Part shown: one piece after another, positions 14,292 through 27,121 of the stretch
Layout of the letters: each line of letters starts with the position of its first letter
Position numbering within the stretch: the first letter of the stretch is position 1
Made by a program: the position numbers and the translations under genes
Notes under the pieces: model-generated
What the model was told of the DNA's origin: nothing
Database searches by the model: none
What the model saw: only the letters and a program-made list of their open reading frames with translations
DNA from: Rhizophagus irregularis
Lineage: Eukaryota
NCBI RefSeq assembly: GCF_026210795.1
Contig: NC_089430.1
Location: 3,844,001 to 3,908,000 of the forward strand
Reading direction: 5' to 3'
DNA: 64,000 nucleotides

Positions 14292-17200
14292 ATGGTTGAA
14301 AGATTTCGAGGAGTACCGGGTTTATTTATGCCCACAAATAGTATTGTAAAAGATTCAAGTGGTTATAGTGATAATATCTTTGAAGGAAAGGCAGACCAAA
14401 TGCTTAAAGTTTGTGAATACTTGGAAGAAAAAGGTTTTATACCCAAGGATCTTGTCAGGCACGAAGTTTCTTGGTTCTACGGGTAAGTTATGTTAATAGC
14501 TCATCTCACTGTTTCACGTGTATCGTTTTTAAACATTACCTAATTTGTTCACATGACTTGATTAAATAGGAATCTTGGAATCGATGACATGTATTTTACT
14601 ATGGAAAACATTGATACTATTGCAAACCATATTTTGGCCTTATATGGTGCAAAGATTTATGCTTATACGAAGAATCAACAAAGTGAACTTGATATCAATT
14701 TAGAAAGGGAAACTGACGAAGCCGCAGTATATATACATACATCTCGTCCTGGTATTTCTCAATTAACTGGTCCTCAACATGAAAGAAGGTATTCATTATG
14801 ATTTAATTTAATCTTTATTAAACTTTTAGTATTCTAATACTTCATATTTTATTTTATTTTAGAATCGATCTTAATTATTTAGATGTTAGCAATACTACTA
14901 ATGCTTATCGTTTGGAATCTTATCGTTCTCGTGGAAATGTATCACCTTCTGTGAATGCCCAAATTCGTTGCTATTTTGTTGCTAAATGTGATTTTGTGAA
15001 ATCAAATCCTTCTCCTGACGAAGAAACCGACATTCGTCTTGTGGGTGATAGAACATTTTTGGAAAAGGCCACTGAAAATACTTTGGAAATCTATCAAAAT
15101 GTTATGAAAGCTGTTCTTAAAAGAACTGGTCCAGTGATTGAAATGTTTGAAGTAGAAGGAAGTCGTGAAAGACGTCTTGTCATTGGTTATAGACAACGCA
15201 GTACTCAATCTTTCTTCTCAGCTATGTCAGATCTTTATCATTTTTATGAACTTTATTCTACTAGAAAATATGTCGGTTAGTAATTACTTATTACTTGTTA
15301 AAAATTTTTTTTTTTAAAAAAAAAAGTTAAAATATTCTCTTTTAATAATTATCATTTTTAGAACAATTTTCAAATGGTGTTACTGTGATGAGTCTATATC
15401 TTAATCCACTTCCAAGTTCCAAATCTTCTCCGATTGAACATTCAATTCATCAAGTCATTAAAGAAGCTTCGCTTATTTATTGTTTGCCTACTACACCATT
15501 CCAACACTTTTTCCAAAGTGGAAAATTGTCTGTTCAAGAAACAATTTATGGTTATGTTGGTTGGATTTTTGCCCAACATTTCCTTAATCGTTTGGGTAAT
15601 GAGTATGTTAGTCTTTCAAATATTTTGGATCAAAATGATCCTGTTCATGCGGAAGTTTTGAACAAGATCAAAAAGAGGTTACGTTCGGATGCTTTTACGC
15701 GTGAATATATTTTAGATATCATAAAAATGTATCCAGATTTAATTCACTTGTTATACATTAACTTTGCATTAACTCATTATGTTAATCCACGTGCCGCTGC
15801 TCTTGAGTAAGTAACATATATATATATATATTTTTTTTATTGTAACGTTTTGTTTCAATAATTGTTTTAAACAAAAATTCTCTTTTAATTTTTGCTTATG
15901 AACAAAAAAAAAAAGACCGACATTATCATTCCAACGTATTCAAACTGATGTTGTGCTCAATGATGATGAACTACTGGATAAAATCAAAAAGACAACATCA
16001 AATGTTCACGAATTTATGGTGTTTGAATCTTTCTTGATTTTCAACAAGCATGTTCTTAAAACAAATTTCTATCAACCAACCAAAGTAGCATTATCCTTCC
16101 GTCTTAATCCTGCTTTCTTGCCATCGATTGAATATCCTTCCAAACTTTATGGTATGTTCCTCGTTATTGGTTCTGAATTCCGCGGTTTCCACTTGAGATT
16201 CCGTGATGTCGCCCGTGGTGGCATTCGTATTATTCGTTCTAGAAATAAGGAATCATACAGTATCAATTTGAGATCTCTCTTTGATGAAAATTATGCATTG
16301 GCTGCAACTCAACAAAGAAAAAATAAGGATATACCTGAAGGTGGTTCAAAAGGTACAATTCTCTTGGACATTTCGCAACAAGATAAAGATCGGGTTGCAT
16401 TTGAAAAATATGTTGATAGTATTCTTGATCTTTTGATTCCTGGAACTACTCCCGGTATTAAAGAGGTAAAGTATATCAAGATAACTCTCAGAATTTTCAA
16501 GAGTCTCTTCAATTTATATTTATATTTAACAATATATATTTATAATATATATATTTATTTTATACTTCTGAACAGAAAATTGTTGATTTATACAATAAAC
16601 CAGAAATTTTATTCTTTGGGCCAGATGAAGGAACTGCCAATTTTGTTGATTGGGCTAGTGCGCATGCTCGCAAAAGAGGTGCTTCATTCTGGAAAGCTTT
16701 CACAACTGGCAAAAGTCAATCAATGGGTGGTATTCCTCATGATCTTTATGGTATGACAACTCGCTCAGTACATCAGTATGTACTCGGAATATATAGAAAA
16801 TTTGGTCTCAAGGAATCCAAGATTTCAAAATTCCAAACTGGTGGACCTGATGGTGATTTGGGTAGCAATGAAATTAAAATTTCAAAGGACCGCACAGTTG
16901 GTATGTGGTTAAAAATTAATTGACTTATATATTTTCAATGAGAATATTAAATAACATTTTTTGCATTGTTTTTAGCTATCGTCGATGGTAGTGGTGTAAT
17001 ATGTGATCCTGAAGGTATTGATAGAAGTGAATTAAAACGATTGGCTCAAAATCGTTTGACGGTTTCACGTTTCGAGGCTTCTAAATTGTCACCAAATGGA
17101 TTTAAAGTTTTAATAGATGAACAGAATATAAAATTACCAAGTATGTTAAATATAAAAGCTCTCTTTGCAATATTATAATTTATTTATAAAATTTCCTAAA

Positions 17201-18006
17201 AAAAAAATTTTTTTTTCCTTCTTTAATTATTAGGTGGCCAAGCTGTAGAAGACGGTTTATTATTCCGTAATAATTTTCATTTAATGAATCTTGTTTCAGC
17301 TGAACTCTTTGTTCCATGTGGCGGTAGACCGGAAGCTGTTGATCTTAGCAATGTTAATTTATTACTTGATAAAAATGGTAAACCAAGATTCAAATATATT
17401 GTAGAAGGTGCCAATCTCTTCTTTACTCAAGAAGCTCGTGTTAGATTAGAACAAGCTGGTGCTATAATATTTAAGGATGCATCAGCCAACAAAGGTGGTG
17501 TCACATCATCTTCTTTGGAAGTATTAGCAGCTCTTGCATTGACAGATGAAGAATTTGAAAAGAACATGCAAGTCCATGACAATATTATTCCAGCATTCTA
17601 TAATGAATATATTAAAGAAGTTCATCGAGTTATTGAAAAGAATGCAGAATTAGAATTTGAATGTATTTGGAGAGAACATCGAAGAACTGGTAAACCACGA
17701 TCGATTATTTCTGACGAACTCAGTCTTGCCATTGTAGATCTAAACGAAAATATGCAACAATCATCTCTATGGTCAAATGAACCATTAAGAAAAACCGTAT
17801 TAAGAGATGCATTCCCACAATTACTCCTTGACAGATTAGGATTAGATACTTTATTGGAAAGAGTACCCGAACCTTACGTAAAAGCCATATTTGGATCTTA
17901 TTTGGCTAGTAAATTCGTATATAAATATGGAACAAATCCATCACAGTTTGCATTCTTTGAATTTATGAGTCCGTTCTTTTCAAAAATTAACGATCAATTT
18001 AGTTGA
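14292..18006 (+). CDS. GDH2: NAD-specific glutamate dehydrogenase (large fungal type), 8 exons, ~1026 aa
   Basis: Exons 14292-14482, 14570-14788, 14863-15275, 15362-15806, 15916-16465, 16576-16900, 16976-17140, 17234-18006 all have GT-AG introns and splice in frame (3081 nt). Motifs FRGFHLRFRDVARGGIR, KNKDIPEGGSKG, FFGPDEGTA, TGGPDGDLGSNE, FVPCGGRPE, VEGANLF, DASANKGGVTSSS. Confidence 0.96.
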
Positions 18007-18436
18007 CTCGGCAAGGATTTAAAGAAAGATGAAGTAACGACAAATAAGAATGGAACATTATACGATTCACATTATTATATATTATTATTTAGTAATATTA
18101 TTGTTTTTATTACCCTTTTTATTACTTATTTGAATCATGAATAACAGTAGTGACACAAGAGAAAAAAAATTATTTATAATCCAATCCTACATACAACCAC
18201 TATACCTTGTTGTTTTTATTTGTTCAACATTATTTTTTGTAGAATAGTAAATAATAACACTTAATTTAAGAAGGATTTTATTTATTAGCTAATGGGAGTT
18301 TTTACTGTGAAAGAGATTTTTTTTTATTTTCTTAATGTCATTTATTATTATTTTACTTTTTTCATTATTCAAAAAGAAAAAAAAAATTTTATGAAATAGA
18401 AAAGAAGTTAAGAACTTATTAGTTAAAATACCTTAT

Positions 18437-19184
18437 TTATTTATTTATTTTTTCTTTTGACTCTGAACTATAACTTTTTTTTTGTTTTGATTTATTTCTT
18501 TTCTGATGATGAGGTGGTTGTTGTGTAACTTCATCATTTTCTCCTGATGATGTTTCATTTGATCCGAAGATATTTTCGGGTTTTTCAGAAAATAATTGAT
18601 AACCTTTGCGAGCAGAATAATTTTTTGAAGTATTACATTCAGTACACATAACTTGAAGGTGAGGTTCAGGACGAGCTAATATCAATTAGTTAAATTAGAG
18701 AGAATTTAATTAAGAGATTTATTAATACATAAATGAACGGATAAAATGACTTACATTTAATTCGAACTTTAGATGTTACTCCAGGTAACAGAATTGTTTC
18801 ACATCTTTTACAAATTGTACGTTTTATTGAAGGATCTATACGTAAAACTTGTTTCGTACCAATCGTTTTCATGGTATTTATATAAAATCTACCTAACGAA
18901 GCTAAATTTTTCGTATTGTCCAAGTTAGTTTTGTTAGTCGTTGCATTACTTTTTATTATTTTAGATTGTCCTTGTTGTAATTCTTGCTCTTGATCTGAGA
19001 AAGAATATAATAGGGAAGGTTGTTGAGACGTGGAAGTTGTAGGTAGTATTGGTGATGGTTGTGTTATATTTGCACTTATTGTTGTCATTAATGTTGCTGC
19101 TTGATAAAGAAAATTCATTCGTTGATATATTTCTCTATGTTGTATCAAACGTGGTTCTGAATTCTTTTCTTTCTTCTTTCCCAT
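18437..19184 (-). CDS. RPR2: RNase P/MRP subunit, Rpr2/Rpp21/Snm1 family, 2 exons, ~222 aa
   Basis: Exons 19184-18755 and 18675-18437 (GTAAGT...TAG intron) splice in frame. Motifs YQRMNFLYQAA, RIDPSIKRTICKRC...LLPG, and second CxxC (CTEC). Confidence 0.9.
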
Positions 19185-19855
19185 TTCTCTTACTTTCCAA
19201 GAAATATCTGATATAATTTAATAAAAAGTTTTCGCGTTAAACATAAATCGCCGAATTATGAGAAAATTTATAGCCGTTTGTGTCACATTGCATGCACCAT
19301 TGTATATCACGTGACTCTTTGCTGTGATAATCTCAAAAATATATATACACATTAGTAAACAATTATATATACTTTTCTTTTCATGAAAGTTGAAACTATA
19401 TATATGTTGTTCTAGACTATATTTTTTTTTTCCTAAGAGTGTTGTTATTTATGAAAATTTTAATTTCATTATTTTTATAAAGACTTTTAAAGGTCTTTAA
19501 AAAAAATGTTTTTTATGAATATTCTATAATTTGTTGATTAAAACAATTATGATTAGTGCATGAATTTTATTTTCATATCTGATATGTTCAAATGAACTTG
19601 CGATAATATACAGTACTTGTTTGTATTGTGTATAACTGATATTAAAGTTAACTCATAATAATGACTTTATAGCGATATCAAGTTAATCAAGTTTAAAATT
19701 TTTTAATCATTGATAATTGATCCAATAATTAGTCTAATTTATAATTTTCACAAAAAACGGGAATATTTTTTTTTTTTAAAAAAAAAATTTTAATTTATAG
19801 CACTCTAAAATGAATTGATACTAATATATGAGCTTATTGGTAAATCAAAAAAAAA

Positions 19856-20494
19856 TTATTCCCTCAATGTGATAGCAGAATTGATAGCAGAACAAGCAGC
19901 ATCAAAAAATTTTTCTACTAATCCCTCCGGATCTGGAGTGCTCATGATATCAAACACTGGAAATTCTCCAATTATGCTTTGGAACACTTTGATCATCGTA
20001 TCTGTATATTCTGTAATCTTGCCGAAAAAATAATGAATTTCTGCCGATCGCATTTCCCTCAATACTTGTTCTTCAGTAAGGCCATATGGGTCGCCGTCCG
20101 GATAGTCATCTTCTGGATTATCGAATTGATGGCCATGTGGTGGATAGTCACCGATGTGTAAAAGGACGCGGGTAGTATTTCGCCAGGTCATTTTGGTTAC
20201 GGCTGCGTTAAGTCCGCCCAGAACATCTTCCGGTCCATCTCCACCACCACCTGTAGCTGGAACATTCGATAGATAATTTTTGAATTCTTCGCAAGAATAA
20301 GTGAAATCAAAAACCTGTAAGCGGATAGGGTTATCACAGTGATCACGGTAACCACAGAAACCGACCCGAATTTTAATTGCTGGTTCCAATTTTGCCATGT
20401 ATTCTACTACTTTTTCGATAGCATCTTTGGCACCTTCAATGTATTCCCCCATAGAACCAGTACAGTCCATAACGAAGCAAAGGTCAACTTCCAT
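19856..20494 (-). CDS. Stand-alone von Willebrand factor A domain protein (VwkA alpha-kinase-type vWA, no kinase), copy 1
   Basis: Intact 212-aa ORF. MIDAS-like DCTGS, GYRDHCD, GGGGDGPED, HIGDYPPHG, DYPDGDP. Probable 5'-UTR intron at 20537-20630. Confidence 0.9.
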   Translation of the reverse strand: MEVDLCFVMDCTGSMGEYIEGAKDAIEKVVEYMAKLEPAIKIRVGFCGYRDHCDNPIRLQVFDFTYSCEEFKNYLSNVPATGGGGDGPEDVLGGLNAAVTKMTWRNTTRVLLHIGDYPPHGHQFDNPEDDYPDGDPYGLTEEQVLREMRSAEIHYFFGKITEYTDTMIKVFQSIIGEFPVFDIMSTPDPEGLVEKFFDAACSAINSAITLRE

Positions 20495-21239
20495 TTGGAG
20501 TTTAATGTTTATTTGATTTTTTTTCGAGTTTTGGACCTATTAAACACTGTTAAACAACATGACAATAAATGAAAACTTTTAATTAACGAATTTCAGTAAA
20601 ATAATAACAGACAATTAAAATAGCACTTACAAACCTAAAGAAATATTTCTTTCTTGAAAAATTACAAAGGATAAAAATAATATGAATGAAAAGTATGCCT
20701 TTATAAACACATACTTTTAGTACAAGCTTTCATTTGATAGAAGGACAAAATTGGATAACAGATTAAGGCTATCACTCAAAGAGAAATAAGAGAATAAAAT
20801 GAAGAATAAAAGAAAGTATTTTTAGAATAGTTTTCTTGTAAAACCTGTAATTCAAAATCATTTTTCATACTGTTTGATTTTATGCCAATTGCAAAATCTC
20901 TTTAAATGACAAAAAGTCTCAGAAAAAAAATAATAATAAATAATATAAATAAATAAAATAAAAACTTAAAATAAAACAAGTTGTGTTGACTAATTAAACA
21001 GGTGAAAATATCAATTATCACAAAAAATAGAGTATAATGCGTTCATTGTACGATGATTTTTTATGTTATCATTGTATTATTGTCATATACTTTTTTAGTT
21101 TAATATTATAATGATATTTTTGACGAAAAAAAGAAAAGGAAAGTAGTTATTCTACGACATATTATGATATTTTAAGTAATTCCGTGGAATCATTGTTTTA
21201 TATATTCGATCTTTTTTATATTCGGATAATACATTAAAA

Positions 21240-22135
21240 ATAAACGTCAATCGATGAATTTCACATTGACCAAGAAAAGATTAGATCCGAATGAATTGAA
21301 TAGATAGATATCGATATAAGAATTAAATAATCAATTTACAAAACTTGAAAGTGAATGTTACAAAACCACTAGAAAAAAAAAATAAATATAACACGAGAAA
21401 CAATTGAAAAAACTGAAGTCAAAGAAGAATTTCAACAAGAATGAATTTAGACAAGTACACGAAAATTTGAGAATATTAACATTATAATGATTAGGCAAGA
21501 AGAGAAATGGTTTATGTAAATTAGTAGCTAAAAATATCAAACTTAAAGAAGAAGCATCGGTTTATCGATGTTGGAATACTATGTAACTCGAAATCTACTA
21601 ATATGGATCTTAACACTAAAAGAAGTGCTTTATTAAATCCATTTTACATCGTAGAGCATTGGATTTAGTACGTAAGCTCTCTCATGGATCGGCTGAAATC
21701 CAAGGTAAATCTTTATATTTGAATCGGAACAAGATGAAATTATATATGTATCGATAATAAAAATGCGTTAATTGTGGGCTTAACAATATAATTGATAATG
21801 AAATATTTGTATGACATAATTTTACAAATTAATATCGTAAAGTTAATGTTGGTTTCGCGTAAATGTTCAAGACCAGAATTAAGTGAATTCATTGATGAGT
21901 GATGGTTAATCCAAATACTGTATGATGAAAGGATGATAAAATCGAAATATTACGCGTAGATATATGCTACTTTCTTCTAGTTGGACAAACTTGAAATCTT
22001 CAGACATAAATTAGAATAAATACACTTGCAAAAGTATTTCCGCTAAATATCAGAGAAATATCAGCGGTCTGAATGAAACCAACGAAGAAAAAAGCGATCG
22101 AATAATATTATTACACAGAAATGATAATAGTTTTA
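21240..22135 (+). pseudogene. Heavily deleted pseudogene copy A of the coiled-coil gene at 28335-29999
   Basis: Collinear matches to the intact gene: cttaaagaagaagcatc, aatatggatcttaaca, ggtttcgcgtaaatgttcaaga, ttacgcgtagatatatgctacttt, tacacttgcaaaagtatttccgc, aatgaaaccaacgaagaaaaa. Many stops and deletions; boundaries approximate. Confidence 0.88.
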
Positions 22136-22451
22136 AGAAAATAATTATATGTACAGTACATATACATATCAAATTTAATATATAAAAGAATGATATATGA
22201 AGGCTAACATTATTATTACTACAAATCTTTAGCATCTACTTCGAAAGAAATTATTTGCCACGTGCTGATTTAAAGTAGCGTACTTCAATTGCGGTAGATT
22301 TTTAAAAAATCTAAAGAATTAGAAGGTTTTCAAGTTCAAAGTTTTTTAACTTAGAAACTTTATTTATTTCGTGTAAAAATAATTTAAAATATAAACTTTA
22401 AAGCTTTCAATTTGATAATTTGATTAATTTAAGCTATTAATAATAAAAAAA

Positions 22452-23090
22452 TTATTCCCCCCTCAATGTGATAGCAGTATTGATAGCTGAACAAGCAGCA
22501 TCAAAAAATTTTTCTACTAATCCCTCTGGGTCTGGAGTGCTCTCGAAGTCAAACACCGGATACTCTCCAATTATGCTTTGGAACACTCTGGTCATCGTTT
22601 CAGTATATTCCGTGATCTTTCCAAAAAAGTAATAAATGCCTGCTGACCGCATTTCTCTCAGTACTTGTTCTGCTGTTAGACCATTTGGGTCGCCATCTGG
22701 ATAAGTATCACTCAAATCAGTGAAACGACGACCATGTGGTGGACAGTCAGCGATATGTAAAAGGACGCGGGTGGGATTTCGCCAGGCCATACTGGTTACG
22801 GCTGCTTTAAGTCCGCCCAGAACATCTTCCGGAGCATCTCCACCACCCAAAGCTGAAACATTCGATACATTATTTTTGAACTCATTGCAAGAAGTAGTGA
22901 ACTCAATAATCTGTAGACGGTTAGAGCCATCACAGTGGTCACGGTAGCCACAGAAACCGACCCGAACTACAATTGCTGGTTTCATATTTGCCATGTAATC
23001 TACTATCTTTTTAATAGAACTCTTGGCACCTTCAATGTGACTCCCCATAGAACTGGTACAGTCCATAACGAAGCAAAGATCAACTTCCAT
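22452..23090 (-). CDS. Stand-alone VwkA-type vWA domain protein, copy 2
   Basis: Intact 212-aa ORF; DCTSS, GYRDHCD, GGGDAPED, HIADCPPHG. Confidence 0.9.
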   Translation of the reverse strand: MEVDLCFVMDCTSSMGSHIEGAKSSIKKIVDYMANMKPAIVVRVGFCGYRDHCDGSNRLQIIEFTTSCNEFKNNVSNVSALGGGDAPEDVLGGLKAAVTSMAWRNPTRVLLHIADCPPHGRRFTDLSDTYPDGDPNGLTAEQVLREMRSAGIYYFFGKITEYTETMTRVFQSIIGEYPVFDFESTPDPEGLVEKFFDAACSAINTAITLRGE

Positions 23091-23744
23091 TTGTGTTTGA
23101 TGTCTATTTAATTTTTCTTCGAGTTATGTTTTTCGACTATTAAACAAATATATTCAAATAAAATTATAATAAATGTGTAAGTCACTAAAACTTTTTAACT
23201 AATAAAATAATAACAGACAATTAAAAATAACAGATAAAAATTGCACACCTAAAAAAAATATTTCTTCTTGAAAAATAGAGAATAATAATATGAAAGGGAA
23301 GTACGTCTTTATAAAAACACGTAATGTTTTTTTTGTGCAACACATCCATTCGTGTACTTTTTTAAAATTTTCATTATGATTTTGATAGATTGACAAATTT
23401 GGATAAGATTACTCTCAAAGAGGAATGTAAAATGGTAAAAGTATCATAGATAATGAGATAAGCTTTAAAAATAAATCTGTAACCCAAAATCATTTTTCAT
23501 ATTGTTTATGGTTTATGACAAATATTGTATTTGCAAAATCTCTTTGAATGACAAAAAAGTTCTTAACATAAAACCTGTTATTTTTGACCTGTTAATCAAG
23601 TGATACTAAAATCATCACATTATTTCATAATTCTCTGTGAAAAATTATGATATATATTCTAAGTAGATTCCGCGGAATAATGTTTTTATATGTGTTTGAT
23701 CTTTTTTTTTCTGGACAGTACCTTAGAAAAACAAACTTGAACTA

Positions 23745-24055
23745 CAAAATAACAAGTTGAAGAATGAAGATAATGAAATCGACGAATTTCACATTAAGAA
23801 AAGAATTAGATTCAAATATCCGAATGGTCTGAATAATAATAGATGTCCGCATTGATAGAAGAATTAAAGCAATTGTAAAATATATCAATCTACAAAGCTT
23901 GAAAATGAATGTCACAAGGGTAACGGGAATTTCAAAATTCATTAGTAATCCCATTAAGAAAGAATGAATAAAACTAACGCAAAAATTTTATGTACATTAA
24001 CACTATAACAATTAGATGAGAAGGAAATGGTTTAAATGAAAACATCAAACTTAAA
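23745..24055 (+). pseudogene. 5' remnant (copy B) of the coiled-coil gene
   Basis: aaaataacaagttgaa..gataatgaaatcgacgaattt, aaaagaattagatt, ttagatgagaaggaaatggttta and aaacttaaaga match 28381-28450 and 29028-29087. Homology stops at a repeat insertion at ~24056. Confidence 0.75.
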
Positions 24056-24715
24056 GATCCTTGTCGGACCTTTTCCCGAATGCCATTTTTCATTTTCCGA
24101 AGTCAATTTACTGGATCATTCTCCAAAACCCCAATACTACTAATACTACTCTCCAATTTCTGATCCCAATTTTCTAATTTCCAAATATCCAGTATATACT
24201 CTTTTTTATGTATTATTATTTATTATATATATTTTTATATTTATTTAAAACTTTTCAGTTGTTAATAATGTTATTTATTTTAAATTTCTGTAATCAAATA
24301 ATCTTTTGACAATAAACCATTTTTATGCCAGGCCAAAATGGAAAGGGTTAATAAGAAACCTAAAATCATGGGAAAATAATTTTTTTTTTTGGTCATTGTG
24401 ATTTATTAAATATAAATAAAATCATTCATTAATAAATCCAGTAAATGTCCATTCGGGAATAAATTTGCAATAATAAATTATCTTTGTATTAATATCTGAG
24501 TTATGTTCACGCTACATAGAATTTTATTATTTATCACACTCTTAAAATTATAAATCGTTATTTATTTGAAAAAAAAAAAATAGATGCAAATCGGGATATT
24601 AGTATTATGGAAGTTTCAGAAAAGATTCAATTTCCATAATAAGCAATCGGAAATTGGAAAATTAACTTCAGGAAATGGTATATTCAGGAAATGGCTCGGA
24701 AATCGTACTGTAACC
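24056..24715. mobile_element. Possible MITE (Mutator-like subterminal motifs) interrupting pseudogene B
   Basis: Left end ...cttttcccgaatgcca...cattttccgaagtcaattt resembles the reverse complement of the right end (ggttacagtacgatttccgagccatttcctgaat...catttcctgaagttaattt). TIRs imperfect; no TSD found. Confidence 0.45.
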
Positions 24716-25042
24716 ATGCTAATTCTATTATACATAGAGTAAGACTTTAGATTTAAATATTGTAAAATGCAATATTCGAATATACGATAAAAATTATTGA
24801 TATTCTTTTTTCATTGTTTAAACGATTATTGTCAGTATTTATTTCCAGCAGTAAACTTATAGGATATTCAAATCTACTTATTTTAAAGGTTTAAGTTCGA
24901 AATTTGATTTTTGTAATTAGTTCAGAATCCTTATTTAGAATAAGAATTGTGATGAAATAAATTATATAAAAACACTAAATAATTATTATACGGTATTTAG
25001 CATTAATTTGCAATTTAAGTTGCTATTGGTAAAACAAAAAAA

Positions 25043-25681
25043 TTATTCCCCCCTCAATGTGATAGCAGTATTGATAGCTGAACAAGCAGCATCAAAAAAT
25101 TTCTCTACTAATCCCTCTGGGTTTGGAGAGATCTTGAGATCAAACACCGGATACTCTCCAATTATGCTTTGGAACACTCTGGTCATCGTTTCGGTATGTT
25201 CCGTGATTTTCCCGAAAAAGTAGTAAATACCTGCTGATTGCATTTCCCTTAACACTTGTTCTGCAGTAAGACCATTTGGGTCGCCGTTCGGATAATCGTC
25301 ATCCGTATTATTGAACCGACGGCCATGTGGTGGATAGTCACCGATGTGTAAAAGGACGCGGGTGGGATTTCGCCAGGTCATACTGGTTACGGCTGCGTTA
25401 AGTCCACCTAGGACATCTTCCGGAGAATCTCCACCACCTGAAGCCGAAACACCCGATAAGCGATTTTTGAACTCATCGCAAGAATAAGTGAAGTCAAAAA
25501 TTTGTAAGCGATTAGAGCCATCACAGTGGTCACGGTAACCACAGAAACCGACCCGAATCTTAATTGCTGGTTCCATATTTTCCATGTATTCTACCACCTT
25601 TTTGATAGAATTCTTGGCACCTTCAATGTGGCCCCCCATAGAACCGGTGCAGTCCATAACAAAGCAAAGATCAACTTCCAT
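25043..25681 (-). CDS. Stand-alone VwkA-type vWA domain protein, copy 3
   Basis: Intact 212-aa ORF; DCTGS, GYRDHCD, GGGDSPED, HIGDYPPHG. Confidence 0.9.
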   Translation of the reverse strand: MEVDLCFVMDCTGSMGGHIEGAKNSIKKVVEYMENMEPAIKIRVGFCGYRDHCDGSNRLQIFDFTYSCDEFKNRLSGVSASGGGDSPEDVLGGLNAAVTSMTWRNPTRVLLHIGDYPPHGRRFNNTDDDYPNGDPNGLTAEQVLREMQSAGIYYFFGKITEHTETMTRVFQSIIGEYPVFDLKISPNPEGLVEKFFDAACSAINTAITLRGE

Positions 25682-26199
25682 TTGGCGTATTTAATTTTCT
25701 TCAAGATATAAGTTTTTGGCCTATTAAACAATTATAGTCAAATAACATGTATAACCGTCAATAAGTATGTAAGTTATTAAAACTTTTAACTAACGAATTT
25801 CAACAAAATAATAACAGACAATTAAAATAGCAATCAAACCCTTAAGAAATTTTTATTCTTGAAAACTATAATGAATGAAAAGTACGGCTTTATAAACACG
25901 CACGTAATGATTTTTTGTGTAACACGCATTTTGTGTACCTTTTTTTATGCTTTGATAGATTGACAAAATTGGATAAGGCTATACTCAAAGAGGAATATAA
26001 AATGGGGAAAGTCTTATTGATATAATGAGATAGGCTTTGAAAACATTAATTTCACACGGTATATGATTTATGACACATATCATATATCATATCAATATCT
26101 GAATCAATCAAACCTGTTATTTGATGTTGAGTAATTAAATATTTTTAGTATCGATATATATTTTTTTTTTTTTCGGATAATTCCTTAGAAAAAAAAACT

Positions 26200-26910
26200 T
26201 GAACTTAATCAACGAATTTTTCATCAATAAACTAAATCCGAATAATTAAAAAGATGTCTGGATTTATAGAAGAAATAAATTATATCGATCTATACAACTT
26301 GAAGTGGATTTTCATAGGGAAAGGGAAAAGTAATCAAATTTCATTAATATTATTAAATAAAATACGAGAAATAGTTGGAAAAAGAAAAGCGAGAATTCGA
26401 AATTTATCAATGAAATTTTGATCATTTAAAGGATCGTAATAATTTGGAACAATTTGGAACAATAACTGAGAGATCAAAAAGAGATTTCGGCAAAAATTTA
26501 AATAATTGAAGTACAAGAAACATATTAGAAGAATATTATATTAGATTAGATACAGTATAATTTACGTAGGTTAAAAGGCGAAAATGTCAAACTTAAGAGT
26601 CATCAAATATCAATAAGCATTTTACGATGGTGGGCCAAAACAAGAATTTAAAAACAAAAAATGATGAATCAATATCGCAAAATAAAATTATTTCGTTAAA
26701 TGTTCAAGAGAGAGTATTTTTTGAAAGTATTATAATTACTCTACAGGACGATAAATTACGTGTATATACTGTATGTGCTACTTCTAATTAGACGAATTTG
26801 AATTTTTCAGTATATACACTTGCAAAGTAATGTATTTCTGCGAAATATCAGCAGTTCAAATGAAGTCAACTGTAAGTCTTTTAAGCCCTAGAAATATTAT
26901 TAACACAGAA
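26200..26910 (+). pseudogene. Heavily deleted pseudogene copy C of the coiled-coil gene
   Basis: Collinear matches gaaaagcgagaattcg, aatttggaacaataactgagagat, catcaaatatcaataagca, tttcgttaaatgttcaaga, gataaattacgtgta, tacacttgcaaagta, ttcaaatgaagtcaac. No ORF; boundaries approximate. Confidence 0.82.
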
Positions 26911-27121
26911 TTATTATTTGATATTCTATAATTCACTGTTTAGATCAAAATTTCAAAATCTAAGCTTAGGTTCATATTTTATAACTTTTGATTTTGATAA
27001 TTAGCTTAATTTATAAAATTCAGGACTGGAATCTTATTAAATAAATTTACGTATAATAAAAACATCAAATAATAGAATATAGCAATTTAGACTGCTATTT
27101 GTAGAACAAAAACATTATTTC

